Below, one piece after another: positions 9,623-18,943 of a stretch of 64,000 nt of DNA (position 1 is its first letter; each line of letters begins with the position of its first letter). This stretch comes from Phycisphaerae bacterium (GTDB lineage Bacteria > Planctomycetota > Phycisphaerae > UBA1845 > Fen-1342). The stretch is taken from positions 1 through 64,000 of the forward strand of contig JASFQK010000039.1 in assembly GCA_050115495.1 (NCBI GenBank). Direction: 5' to 3'. Under the pieces are notes generated by a model. It searched no databases, had not been told where the DNA came from, and saw nothing but the letters and a program-made list of their open reading frames with translations. The position numbers and the translations under genes were made by a program.

Positions 9623-12397
9623 ATGCGCGCCGTGTGGGCGCTGTTCGCGTACGCGGCTCTTCTCCTATGGCCCCTGCCAGCGACAGCATCCAATCAACCG
9701 GACCCGACGATCGCTCCGGGCACGCGTGTGCTGGTGTTGCACTCGTACCACGCGGGCTTCTCGTGGACGGATAACATCACGCGTGGGCTGCGGCGGGTCC
9801 TGTCCGAGAGCACTCAGGGCGTCGAGCTGTGTTTCGAGTTCATGGACGCCAAACGGCTCGACACGCATGCACACCATAGGCGGCTGGCGGAGCTGTACCG
9901 CGGCAAGTACGCGGATCGCCCCGTCCAGGTACTGATCGTCGCCGACGACCCGGCGTTGCACTTCCTGCTGCACGAAGGGCGGGATCTGTTTCCAGGCGTG
10001 CCCGCCGTCTTCTGCGCCGTGAACGACTACGACCCGGCCGTGCGCGCCAGCGGCCGGCCGCTCACGGGCGTGGTGGAAACTGCCGGTATCCACGAGACGA
10101 TGGAAGTCGCCCTGCGCCTGCACCCCGGGGTGCGGCAGGTCGCCGTAATCTCGGACGACACGTTGACCGGGCGGGCCCTGCAGGAAGCGGCGGCGCGGGC
10201 GTTCCGTGAGTACGAGAACCGCCTGCGCTTCACATACCTCGACAAGCTAACGCTGGACGAACTCCAGGCGCGGGTGGCGGCACTGCCCGACGACGCGCTG
10301 GTCTTTGCCTTCATGTTCCGGCGGGACGAGTTCGGGCGGGCGCTGAACCACGAGCTCAACATGGAGCGTCTGGCCGCGCATTGCCCCGTGCCCATCTACA
10401 GCGTCTGGGAGTTCTATCTCGGACACGGGATTGTGGGCGGCATGCTGAGCGGCGGGACGGCCCAGGGTGAGGCTGCCGCCCAACTGGCTTTGCGTGTCCT
10501 GCGCGGCGAGGACGCCGCGTCGATCCCGGTCGTTACCGAGAGCCCCAACCGGCTGATGTTCGACTACCGGCAACTGGCCCGCTTTGGCATCGCCGCGGGA
10601 CGCCTGCCGCCCGGCGCCATCGTGGTGAACCGACCGTTCTCGTTCTACCAGGCGTACAAGACGCGGATCTGGGCCGCGGGGCTCGTGCTGACTCTGGCGG
10701 GTGCCGGGCTGGTGATTGTGGCGGCCAACGTCGCCCGCCGCCGGCGTGCGGAACATGCGCTGCGGACGGCGGAGAGCCTGTTGCACGCGGCAATCGAGCA
10801 GTCCCCGGCCGGCGTGGTCGTCGCGCAGGCGCCGGACGGGCAGATCTGCCTGGCCAATTCGGCCGCCCTGGAGATCCGCGGCGCCGAGGCCAGCCTGGTG
10901 ACGAACATTCCCGCGTCTCTGCACGCCGAACGCTGGCAACTGTACCACGCGGACGGCCGGCCCTGCCCGCCGGAAGAGCAGCCGTTGCTACGGGCGGTGC
11001 TCCACGGGGAGACCAACCGGAACGTCGAGTTGCGGATTCGGCGGGACAACGGTGAGGACCGCTGGGTTCTGGCCAACGCGGCGCCGGTGCGCGATGCGCG
11101 GGGTCGCATCGTGGCCGGGGTCGTTGTCTTCACCGACGTAACCGATGCCAAGCGGGCGGAGCACGAACACTGCAAGCTCGAGGCCCAACTCCGGCAGGCA
11201 CAGAAGATGGAGGCGGTCGGGCAGTTGGCCGGAGGCGTGGCCCACGACTTCAACAACATCCTGACCGCGATCTTCGGGAACGTCGAGCTGGCCGTCAGCG
11301 CCCTGGAGGCGCAGGTGCCGGGCGATGCCCGCGTGCTGGACGGCATTCAACAGATTGAACGCAGCGCCCAGCGGGCGTCGGCGCTGACGCGGCAACTGCT
11401 GGCCTTCAGCCGCCAGCAGGTCGCCCAGCCCGTGGTGGTCGACCTGAACCGCACGCTCTCCGGAATGGAAGACATGCTGCGGCGGCTGATCGAGGAAGAC
11501 ATCTCGCTGGAGCTGCGCCTGGCTCCGGCGTTGAACACGATCTGCGCGGATGCCAGCCAGATCGAGCAGGTCATCATGAACCTGGTAGTCAACGCCCGCG
11601 ACGCCATGAAGAACGGCGGGCGGCTGACAATCGAGACGGCGAACGTGGCAGAGGGCGCGTCGGCGGCCGCGCGACCGGGCATGCGCCCGGGGCCCTGCGT
11701 GGTGCTTGCCGTCACGGACACCGGCTGCGGGATCGACGCCGCCACGCTCGACCGCGTCTTCGAGCCCTTCTTCACCACCAAGGGCCGGGGGCAAGGCACC
11801 GGCCTTGGCCTGGCCACGGTCTACACGATCGTGCGGCAAAGCGGCGGCCACATCACCGCCGACAGCGAACCGGGGCAAGGCTCGACGTTCCGCGTCTACC
11901 TGCCTTCGGCCCGCGGACGAGCGGTGCCGGCCAGCGACAGCAGCAAGTCAACGGCTGAACCGACCGGCACGGAGACCATTCTGCTGTGCGAAGACGACCG
12001 GGCGGTCCGCGACCTGGCAGCGCACATCCTGCGCGGCGCCGGCTATCGCGTGCTGGATGCCGAGGACGGCGGACAGGCCCTGCAACTGGCCGCGAATCAT
12101 GACGGACCGATTCACCTGCTGCTGACCGACGTCATCATGCCGGACATGAACGGCCGCAGGCTGGCGGATACGATTCTGGCCGGCACATCGGACATCAGGA
12201 TTCTGTTCGTGTCCGGGTATACGTCGGACGTCATCGGGCATCACGGGGTGCTGGACGAGGGGGTTGAGTTTCTGGCCAAACCGTTCAGCCGGCGGACACT
12301 GCTGGCCCGGGTGCGCCAGGTGCTCGACGGCGTCCCGCAGCATACCGGCACGTGCGGTGAGCGCAATACTGCCAGCGAGGCCTCCCCCCATCCTTGA
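9623..12397 (+). CDS. Hybrid histidine kinase (periplasmic ABC-SBP-like sensor, PAS, HisKA, HATPase, REC)
   Basis: VLVLHSYH sensor start; GQLAGGVAHDFNNIL; NARDAM; GTGLGL; LLTDVIMP. Confidence 0.9.
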   Translation: MRAVWALFAYAALLLWPLPATASNQPDPTIAPGTRVLVLHSYHAGFSWTDNITRGLRRVLSESTQGVELCFEFMDAKRLDTHAHHRRLAELYRGKYADRPVQVLIVADDPALHFLLHEGRDLFPGVPAVFCAVNDYDPAVRASGRPLTGVVETAGIHETMEVALRLHPGVRQVAVISDDTLTGRALQEAAARAFREYENRLRFTYLDKLTLDELQARVAALPDDALVFAFMFRRDEFGRALNHELNMERLAAHCPVPIYSVWEFYLGHGIVGGMLSGGTAQGEAAAQLALRVLRGEDAASIPVVTESPNRLMFDYRQLARFGIAAGRLPPGAIVVNRPFSFYQAYKTRIWAAGLVLTLAGAGLVIVAANVARRRRAEHALRTAESLLHAAIEQSPAGVVVAQAPDGQICLANSAALEIRGAEASLVTNIPASLHAERWQLYHADGRPCPPEEQPLLRAVLHGETNRNVELRIRRDNGEDRWVLANAAPVRDARGRIVAGVVVFTDVTDAKRAEHEHCKLEAQLRQAQKMEAVGQLAGGVAHDFNNILTAIFGNVELAVSALEAQVPGDARVLDGIQQIERSAQRASALTRQLLAFSRQQVAQPVVVDLNRTLSGMEDMLRRLIEEDISLELRLAPALNTICADASQIEQVIMNLVVNARDAMKNGGRLTIETANVAEGASAAARPGMRPGPCVVLAVTDTGCGIDAATLDRVFEPFFTTKGRGQGTGLGLATVYTIVRQSGGHITADSEPGQGSTFRVYLPSARGRAVPASDSSKSTAEPTGTETILLCEDDRAVRDLAAHILRGAGYRVLDAEDGGQALQLAANHDGPIHLLLTDVIMPDMNGRRLADTILAGTSDIRILFVSGYTSDVIGHHGVLDEGVEFLAKPFSRRTLLARVRQVLDGVPQHTGTCGERNTASEASPHP

Positions 12398-12416
12398 GCT
12401 GGCCGTAGCGTGGCAG

Positions 12417-15074
12417 TCAACCCAGGATTCTGCGGACGCGTTCCAGCAGCGCCTGCCGCCGGTAGGGTTTCTCGAGCAACTCCAGGCCGTCGTCGAGGAC
12501 GCCGTGGTGGGCGATGACGTCGGCCGTGTACCCGGAGACGAACAGCGTGCGCAGTCCCGGCCGCTGCTCGCGTAGCACGTCGGCGAGCTCTCGCCCGTTC
12601 ATGTCTGGCATGATGACGTCGGTCAGCAGCAGGTGAATCGGCCCGTCGAACGCGGCGGCCATCTCCAGGGCCGCGGGCCCGTCGACCGCCGCCAGGACCT
12701 GGTAGCCGGCGTCGCGCAACATCTGCGCGGTGAGCCCGCGCACTGTTTCGTCGTCCTCGCAGACGAGGATGGTCTCGTCGCCGCCCGATGCGGCGGCTCC
12801 CATCGGTGCGGGAGCGGCGGTAGCCGGCGCCACGGCGTCGACCGCCGGCAGGTAGACGCGGAACGCGGTGCCTCGCTCCGGCTGGCTGTCGACGGCGATA
12901 CTCCCGCCGGCCTGTTGGACGATGCCGTACACGGTGGCGAGCCCCAGGCCGGTGCCCTGACCGGGGGGCTTGGTGGTGAAGAAGGGCTCGAAGATGTGCT
13001 CGACGGTCTCGGCGTCCATGCCGCAGCCGGTGTCGCTGACGGTGAGCAGTACGTGCGGCCCGGTTTGACTACCGCCATGCAGACCAACGGTGTCCGATTC
13101 CAGCACCACGTTGGTGGTGGCGACCGTCAGGCGGCCACCATCGGGCATGGCGTCGCGGGCGTTCACGACGAGGTTGAGCAGCACCTGACCCAGTTGGCCG
13201 GGGTCGATGTGAACGCTGCGCAGGTCAGAGGAGAGCTGCAGGTCCAGGACGATGTTCTCGGCGAGCAGGCGGCGGAGCATGTTCTCGACCTCCGCCAGTG
13301 TCCGGTTGAGATCCACGATCTGGGGCTGAGCCACCTGCCGCCGGCTGAAGGCCAGGAGCTGGCGGGTGAGCATGGAGGCGCGATTGGCACTGCGTTCGAT
13401 CTGGCCCAGCTCTTCGAGCAACGGTGCCTCTTCGGGGAAACGGCGCTGCAGCTCGGCGAGGGCCAGCTCGACGTTTCCGAGAATCGCCGTGAGGATGTTG
13501 TTGAAATCGTGGGCGACGCCGCCGGCGAGCTGTCCGACGGCCTCCATCTTCTGCGATTGGCGAAGCTGGGCAGCGAGGCGTTCCCGCTCTTCCTCGGCGC
13601 GTTTGCGCTCCGTGATATCCGTAATGAAGCCTTCGAGAGCCTCGAGCTGCCCGTCGGCGTCGAAGGCGGCCTGGCCCTGCTCCCAGACCCACCTCTCCTC
13701 CCCGCCGCGTGCGATAATGCGGTAGGTCAGCCGGAAGGGTCGCTTGGCTGCCAGACCACGCTGCACTTCATCCCACACGCCTTCGCGATCGTCGGGGTGA
13801 ATCAGGTCGGCGTAGGACAGCGCGCGGTTGTTCAGTAAATCGGAGGACGGGTAGCCGGTCAGCGACAGGCAACCCTCACTGACGAACTCCATCGTCCATT
13901 CCGGATCGTTCCGGCAGCGGTAGGCCATGCCCGGCAGATTGCTCATCAGCATGGCCAGCCGGCGTTCGCTTCGGCGAAGGGCGAGCTCCGTGTCGCGCCG
14001 CGCGGAAATGTCCGTGACCACCGCGAACGACCCGCAGTACTCGCCGCGGGCATCGCGAAGAATCTGAGGCGTGATGATGGTGGTCACTTCTGTGCCGTCG
14101 GAGCGAAGCCAGGCAATCTCGTAGGACTCGGCAGCGCCCAGTCGGCGTTCCGCCATGCGCGCATCGTGGGTTTTCCGAGCGTCCACCCGCATGTACTCGG
14201 TCACCACGTGCCCCACCAAAGCAGACCGCTCCCGCCCAAGTATCTGGCAGAAGCGGTCGTTCACGAAGGTGAATTGCCCGTGCTCGTCCTGGGCAGCCAA
14301 GCCATCGTTCATCGACTCGATCAGCCGCCGGTAGTTCGCTTCGCTTTCCCGCAGGGCGGATTCGGCCGCTCGGCGGCGACGTTCTGCCCTCGCCCCCTGC
14401 CAGATCAGGACCGCGGCTAGCACGGCCACGATGCCGAGCACGGCCGTCGTCACGGCGATCAAGCGTCCCACGAGAACGGCGCGCTCGCGAGCCACGTCGT
14501 CGAGATACACGCCAGTGCCGACCACCCAGCTCCAGGGAGCGAACTCGTAGACGTACGAGAGCTTGGGCACAACGTGGGCGCGGTCGCCACGCCGCTGCCA
14601 GTTGTAGCGCACGAAACCCTCGCCATACTCCCGCACTACGCGCTCTCCCTCCTGGACGGCCACCCAGCCGTCCGGGTCGATTTCCTCCGTCAGATCCTGC
14701 CCCTCGAGATCCGGACGGTACGGATGCAGCAGCATGCGCGGACGCCGGTCGTTGATCCAGAAGTAGCCCTTGCCCCCAGCGCCGTAACGCAGGCTGCGGA
14801 CAACATCCAAAGCTTCAGCCTGGGCCTCCGCGCGCGTCAACTCCCCGTTTTGCACATGCTCTTCGAGCCGAGCCAGTATCCCGCACACGGTGTGCGTCAG
14901 TTCCTGGATCATCTCCTCCTTGCGCGCCAGAAGCCCTTCCTCGTACACCGGCAGGATGAAGGCGAAGACTGCGGCAACGAACAGCACGAGACCGACCACC
15001 GTGGGCAACACCACACGGACGACCAGACTTCGCCACACTGCACGCCGCCCGATGGAGGCTGAGTCGGCAGCCAC
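12417..15074 (-). CDS. Hybrid histidine kinase (single Cache, 2xPAS, HisKA, HATPase, REC)
   Basis: GYFWIND..HPY..KLSYV Cache motif; PAS repeats; AHDFNNIL H-box; REC domain. Confidence 0.9.
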   Translation of the reverse strand: MAADSASIGRRAVWRSLVVRVVLPTVVGLVLFVAAVFAFILPVYEEGLLARKEEMIQELTHTVCGILARLEEHVQNGELTRAEAQAEALDVVRSLRYGAGGKGYFWINDRRPRMLLHPYRPDLEGQDLTEEIDPDGWVAVQEGERVVREYGEGFVRYNWQRRGDRAHVVPKLSYVYEFAPWSWVVGTGVYLDDVARERAVLVGRLIAVTTAVLGIVAVLAAVLIWQGARAERRRRAAESALRESEANYRRLIESMNDGLAAQDEHGQFTFVNDRFCQILGRERSALVGHVVTEYMRVDARKTHDARMAERRLGAAESYEIAWLRSDGTEVTTIITPQILRDARGEYCGSFAVVTDISARRDTELALRRSERRLAMLMSNLPGMAYRCRNDPEWTMEFVSEGCLSLTGYPSSDLLNNRALSYADLIHPDDREGVWDEVQRGLAAKRPFRLTYRIIARGGEERWVWEQGQAAFDADGQLEALEGFITDITERKRAEEERERLAAQLRQSQKMEAVGQLAGGVAHDFNNILTAILGNVELALAELQRRFPEEAPLLEELGQIERSANRASMLTRQLLAFSRRQVAQPQIVDLNRTLAEVENMLRRLLAENIVLDLQLSSDLRSVHIDPGQLGQVLLNLVVNARDAMPDGGRLTVATTNVVLESDTVGLHGGSQTGPHVLLTVSDTGCGMDAETVEHIFEPFFTTKPPGQGTGLGLATVYGIVQQAGGSIAVDSQPERGTAFRVYLPAVDAVAPATAAPAPMGAAASGGDETILVCEDDETVRGLTAQMLRDAGYQVLAAVDGPAALEMAAAFDGPIHLLLTDVIMPDMNGRELADVLREQRPGLRTLFVSGYTADVIAHHGVLDDGLELLEKPYRRQALLERVRRILG

Positions 15075-15329
15075 GCTGGCATCCTCGTTCTTGTTCGTCG
15101 CAGGCCCGAAGTGGTCCGGCTGCCCTTTACCGACGGGCGCTGCGCAGTATGGCGTCTGCGCAGACCAGCCCGGTGGCTAGGGCACGCACATGGCCACGGC
15201 GGGCCGACCCAGAACTGACCCGTTCGGCACACACTGGCCAACAGACGATACTATCGCCATGTTTAGCCGTCGGCTAGCGGTCGTCTCGGCGACCCGGCCC
15301 GGCAGTCGCCCTGGTTCAGATCGGCCGGT

Positions 15330-17783
15330 TCAGTCCGTGAGCACGAGTTCCCGGCTCTCGAACGGGACGGGGTAGGCGGTCAGCCAGGCCTCAGGCGTAA
15401 GGTCGGTGCCGCCGCCGGTCAGGCCGAGCACGATGACCTCGATCGTCCGCCCGGCGAGCGCCGGCGACAGTGGGAAGTAGTAGGTGTAATTGCTGTCGCT
15501 GGAGACGTTCTTGTACTCCCACGTGTTGCTGGGGTAGGAGACGGCCCGGTCGGGGGCGCCGATGAGCCGATCGTCGACGCGCAACGCCGCGTACGCCCGC
15601 TCGTCGCCGTGCTGGCCGCGAATCGGCACGGTGAGGACGGTATTGCGAGGGATCTCGTCGGCAACGAAAGACAGGGACCAGGCGGCGACCGCCGGCCGCG
15701 CGGCGTACGCTGGCAGCAAGTTTGAGGCCCGCCAGGTCGTGCGAGGCAAGGCTACACCGTCGCAGTACGCCTCGATCTCGGCGATCCGCCGTGGGGCGCC
15801 GTTAATGCGCAGGTAGCGGAACGGCTGATCTGCGGGCATCTTCAGTTCGGCGATGGTGCCGACGCCTTTCCATGCCGGGGCGAGCGCGGTCCAGGTGCGC
15901 AGATCGGGCGAGACCTCGGCGACGGCGTCATCCGCGAACGCGTGCAGTTCCGGAGCGAGGTTGGCGGATTCACGGTCGCGCATGCGGAGCACGACGCGGT
16001 CGGCGTGCAGCAGCTCGCCGAAGTCGACGCGGAGCACGCGATCGGCCAGGCGGGCGGCGAACTGGGTGTTCAGATCGCCGTCGAACAGGTTGCGATCCCA
16101 GATGCCGCGGTTGATGAACATCTTCTGCTCGAAGAAGGCGGCGCGGGCGGCTTCGACCTGCGGGATGCGGCTCGGACCGCTGCGCGCCATACAGCGCACC
16201 TCGAGCGCGTTGCTGTCCGCCGCGAAGCACGTCGCCTCGAAGAGAGCCTCGGCATCGTCCGGTACGTCCGTCAGCGTCAGCGTGCCGAGCTGTCGATGCC
16301 AGGGCTGGCGCAGCGGCGCACCGGCGAAGGTGATGCGCACTTCCTCGCCGTCGGTGAGTGCGTCGAGCGGCGTGCCGTCCAGCGTGGCGTGCGTGAAACG
16401 GTGCCCCCCCGCCGCCAGACGCACGGTCGCTTCGGTACCGGGCATGCCGAGCACCTTGACGATTGCCGGCTTGCCGGGCGTATCGCGGACGATCTCGTAG
16501 TCGCAGCCTTCGACGGCGATCTCCGCAATCGTGGCGGTCGAGGCCAGCAGCAGGAGCGTGCGGAAAGGCAGGACCTCGACGTTGACCTCGCTGCCCCAGG
16601 CGAAATGCCCCAGCACGCGCTCAGACGGATGCAGACGGCGCAGCTCGACGGTCTCCGCCGGCGCGAGCCCGAGTGATTCGTCGAGGCGCACGGTGCGCGT
16701 CGCCGGCTGCCAGGTGAGATTGCGCAGGGTGATCAGGCGGGTGTGGGCGTCGCCGCGAGAGACGGCCGTCGGGCCGTACTGCGCTTCCGGCAACTGCTGG
16801 GCCGTGACCAGGATGTCGCGATAGCGGCGGTGCAGGTTGAACAGGCGAGCCATGTGGGCCAGCTCATCATCACGCAAAAACCACGGGTTGCCGTAGATCT
16901 GCGGGGCCATCAGCAGGCTGCGGTTGAAGGCCTGGAGGACCAATTCGTCCTCCCAGTAGTCAAGGCACGAGGACAAGCAGAGGCCGTGGTCTTCCATGAG
17001 CCGCGTCATGCCGGGCGTGAGTGGGCGGGCCAGGGCGCCGGCGCGATGATGGGTCGCCGTGCCCGTGTTGCTCATGAACACGTCGATGTAGGTCTCCTCC
17101 CCTTCCCACAGCGACGTGGTGACGTACGGCGTCACTCGGCCGAACTTGACCCGCTCATTCAGCACGATCAGGTCCGGACAGTACTGGCGGCAGGCGCGGA
17201 GTGCGTCGATCAGGGCGTCCTGCTTCTCTTGACGGAGCTGGCCGGCGACGCTGTCGAGCTTGAACAGGATGAAGTTGTGGTCGCGGCAGAAGGAGATGAG
17301 CATCTCCTGGCGGACTTGCTCCTCTGCGGGTGTATCGCCGAAGCCGTCTGGGCCGAGCCAGATGCCGAGCCGGCAGCCGAACTCGGCGGCCTTGTCGACC
17401 AGTGGGCCAAAGCCGCGCGGGAATTGCGCCCGGAACTCCTCGGTGTCCATCGTTCCGTAGTGGGCCGGGATGAGACGGCCCACGCCCGCCGTGTAGGGCC
17501 CGTCGTCGATGTTGCCGACGTCCAGCGAGTAGACGTCGAGGGCCATGCCGTACTCGTCGTGCAGCCATTGGAAGAACGCAAGGTTGGTGAGGGTGTGCGC
17601 TTCGGTCGAGCCTTCATACTGGCTGTTGATCCAGTCGAAGAAGTGGGTGCGCGACGGCGTCTGCTCGTCGGCTCCGGGGAACACCTCGACGGCGTTCTGC
17701 GCACAGCCGGCCCCGACTGCCAACATCAGAATGATCGCCGGCAAGAAGTAACCACGACGCTTCTTCGGGAATTGTGCCGTCAC
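15330..17783 (-). CDS. Large lipoprotein, putative glycoside hydrolase (GH27/GH36-like TIM barrel plus beta domains)
   Basis: GAGGAGG RBS before GTG 17783; lipobox AGC; YSLDVG, LGIWLGP and LFKLD motifs resemble clan GH-D barrels (inference). Confidence 0.55.
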   Translation of the reverse strand: MTAQFPKKRRGYFLPAIILMLAVGAGCAQNAVEVFPGADEQTPSRTHFFDWINSQYEGSTEAHTLTNLAFFQWLHDEYGMALDVYSLDVGNIDDGPYTAGVGRLIPAHYGTMDTEEFRAQFPRGFGPLVDKAAEFGCRLGIWLGPDGFGDTPAEEQVRQEMLISFCRDHNFILFKLDSVAGQLRQEKQDALIDALRACRQYCPDLIVLNERVKFGRVTPYVTTSLWEGEETYIDVFMSNTGTATHHRAGALARPLTPGMTRLMEDHGLCLSSCLDYWEDELVLQAFNRSLLMAPQIYGNPWFLRDDELAHMARLFNLHRRYRDILVTAQQLPEAQYGPTAVSRGDAHTRLITLRNLTWQPATRTVRLDESLGLAPAETVELRRLHPSERVLGHFAWGSEVNVEVLPFRTLLLLASTATIAEIAVEGCDYEIVRDTPGKPAIVKVLGMPGTEATVRLAAGGHRFTHATLDGTPLDALTDGEEVRITFAGAPLRQPWHRQLGTLTLTDVPDDAEALFEATCFAADSNALEVRCMARSGPSRIPQVEAARAAFFEQKMFINRGIWDRNLFDGDLNTQFAARLADRVLRVDFGELLHADRVVLRMRDRESANLAPELHAFADDAVAEVSPDLRTWTALAPAWKGVGTIAELKMPADQPFRYLRINGAPRRIAEIEAYCDGVALPRTTWRASNLLPAYAARPAVAAWSLSFVADEIPRNTVLTVPIRGQHGDERAYAALRVDDRLIGAPDRAVSYPSNTWEYKNVSSDSNYTYYFPLSPALAGRTIEVIVLGLTGGGTDLTPEAWLTAYPVPFESRELVLTD

Positions 17784-17866
17784 CACAAGCCTCCTCACAG
17801 AATCGCTCGAACCGACACGGTCAGCGAATGCCCGCCCGAGGCGCTGGGGGGACGACGCACGAGCCC

Positions 17867-17896
17867 ATTGTACGAAGTCGGCGCGCGGCAAGTCAA
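17867..17896 (-). promoter_or_regulatory. Sigma70-like promoter TTGACT-N18-TACAAT
   Basis: Near-consensus hexamers upstream of the 17783 start. Confidence 0.55.
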
Positions 17897-17907
17897 CGCG
17901 CGGCCGA

Positions 17908-18918
17908 TCAGCCGCCCTGCACGTCGAGGACCACGCGATAGCGGGCCTGGCCACTGCGCAGATGGTCGAGGGCGGCGTTCACGTCGTTCAGGCGGAAGTG
18001 CTGCGTCACCGGAGCGATACCGTGCCGCGCGCAGAAATCCAGCATCGTGGCCATCGTCGGCGGGCTGCCCAGCGGCGTGCCCGAGACCGATTTCTGCCCC
18101 GTGATCAAGGCCATGACCGTGGTCGGCACAGGCTCCAGCACGGCGCCGACGAAGTGCAGCCGGCCTTTCGGTCGCAGCGCCGCGAAGTAGGCCGGCCAAT
18201 CGAGCGGCACGTTCACTGTCACGAGAATGAAGTCGAACGCACCGGCGAGTTTGCGGAGGGCGGCTTCGTCGCGGGAATTGACCACATGATGGGCACCCAG
18301 ATGCCGGGCCTCGTCGCCCTTGGCTGCGTTGCTGGTGAAGGCCGTGATCTCACACCCCCAGGCCCGCAGGAATTGCAGGGCCATGTGGCCCAGTCCGCCG
18401 ATGCCGACCACGGCGACGTGGTCGGTGGGCCGTACGCCGAACTGTACCAGCGGATTGAAGACGGTGATGCCGCCGCAGAAGAGCGGGCCGGCGTTCTCGG
18501 CGTGCACACCCGCGGGCAGCGGGATGGTCCACGCGAAGTGGGCGCGGACCTTGTTCGCGAAGCCGCCATGCCGGCCGACGATGGTGTCCTCGCGGCGGGC
18601 GCACAGGTTGTGATCGCCGTGGAGGCAGGAGGCGCAGGTCATGCACGAACGGCTGTACCAGCCGAGGCCGACGATCTGGCCGCGCTGCACGTTCGGGACG
18701 GCGTCGCCGACGGCGGCCACGCGGCCGATGACCTCGTGGCCGGGCACGAGCGGGTACTGCGTCATCTGCCAGGCGTTGTCGATCATCGACAGGTCGGAGT
18801 GGCAGATGCCGCAATAGTGAACGTCGATCTCGACTTCGTCGGCCGCCAGCGGTCCTGCTTCGTACTCGAACGGCTGGAGCGGCTGGCCGGGACCGGCGGT
18901 CGCGTAGGCTTTGATCAT
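17908..18918 (-). CDS. ahr: NAD(P)-dependent Zn alcohol dehydrogenase / aldehyde reductase (Ahr/CAD family)
   Basis: CGICHSD, GHEVIG, CxxCxxC..C structural Zn, GIGGLG; AGGAG RBS. Confidence 0.85.
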   Translation of the reverse strand: MIKAYATAGPGQPLQPFEYEAGPLAADEVEIDVHYCGICHSDLSMIDNAWQMTQYPLVPGHEVIGRVAAVGDAVPNVQRGQIVGLGWYSRSCMTCASCLHGDHNLCARREDTIVGRHGGFANKVRAHFAWTIPLPAGVHAENAGPLFCGGITVFNPLVQFGVRPTDHVAVVGIGGLGHMALQFLRAWGCEITAFTSNAAKGDEARHLGAHHVVNSRDEAALRKLAGAFDFILVTVNVPLDWPAYFAALRPKGRLHFVGAVLEPVPTTVMALITGQKSVSGTPLGSPPTMATMLDFCARHGIAPVTQHFRLNDVNAALDHLRSGQARYRVVLDVQGG

Positions 18919-18943
18919 GGTCAACTCCTGCAACCGGTCGGCT

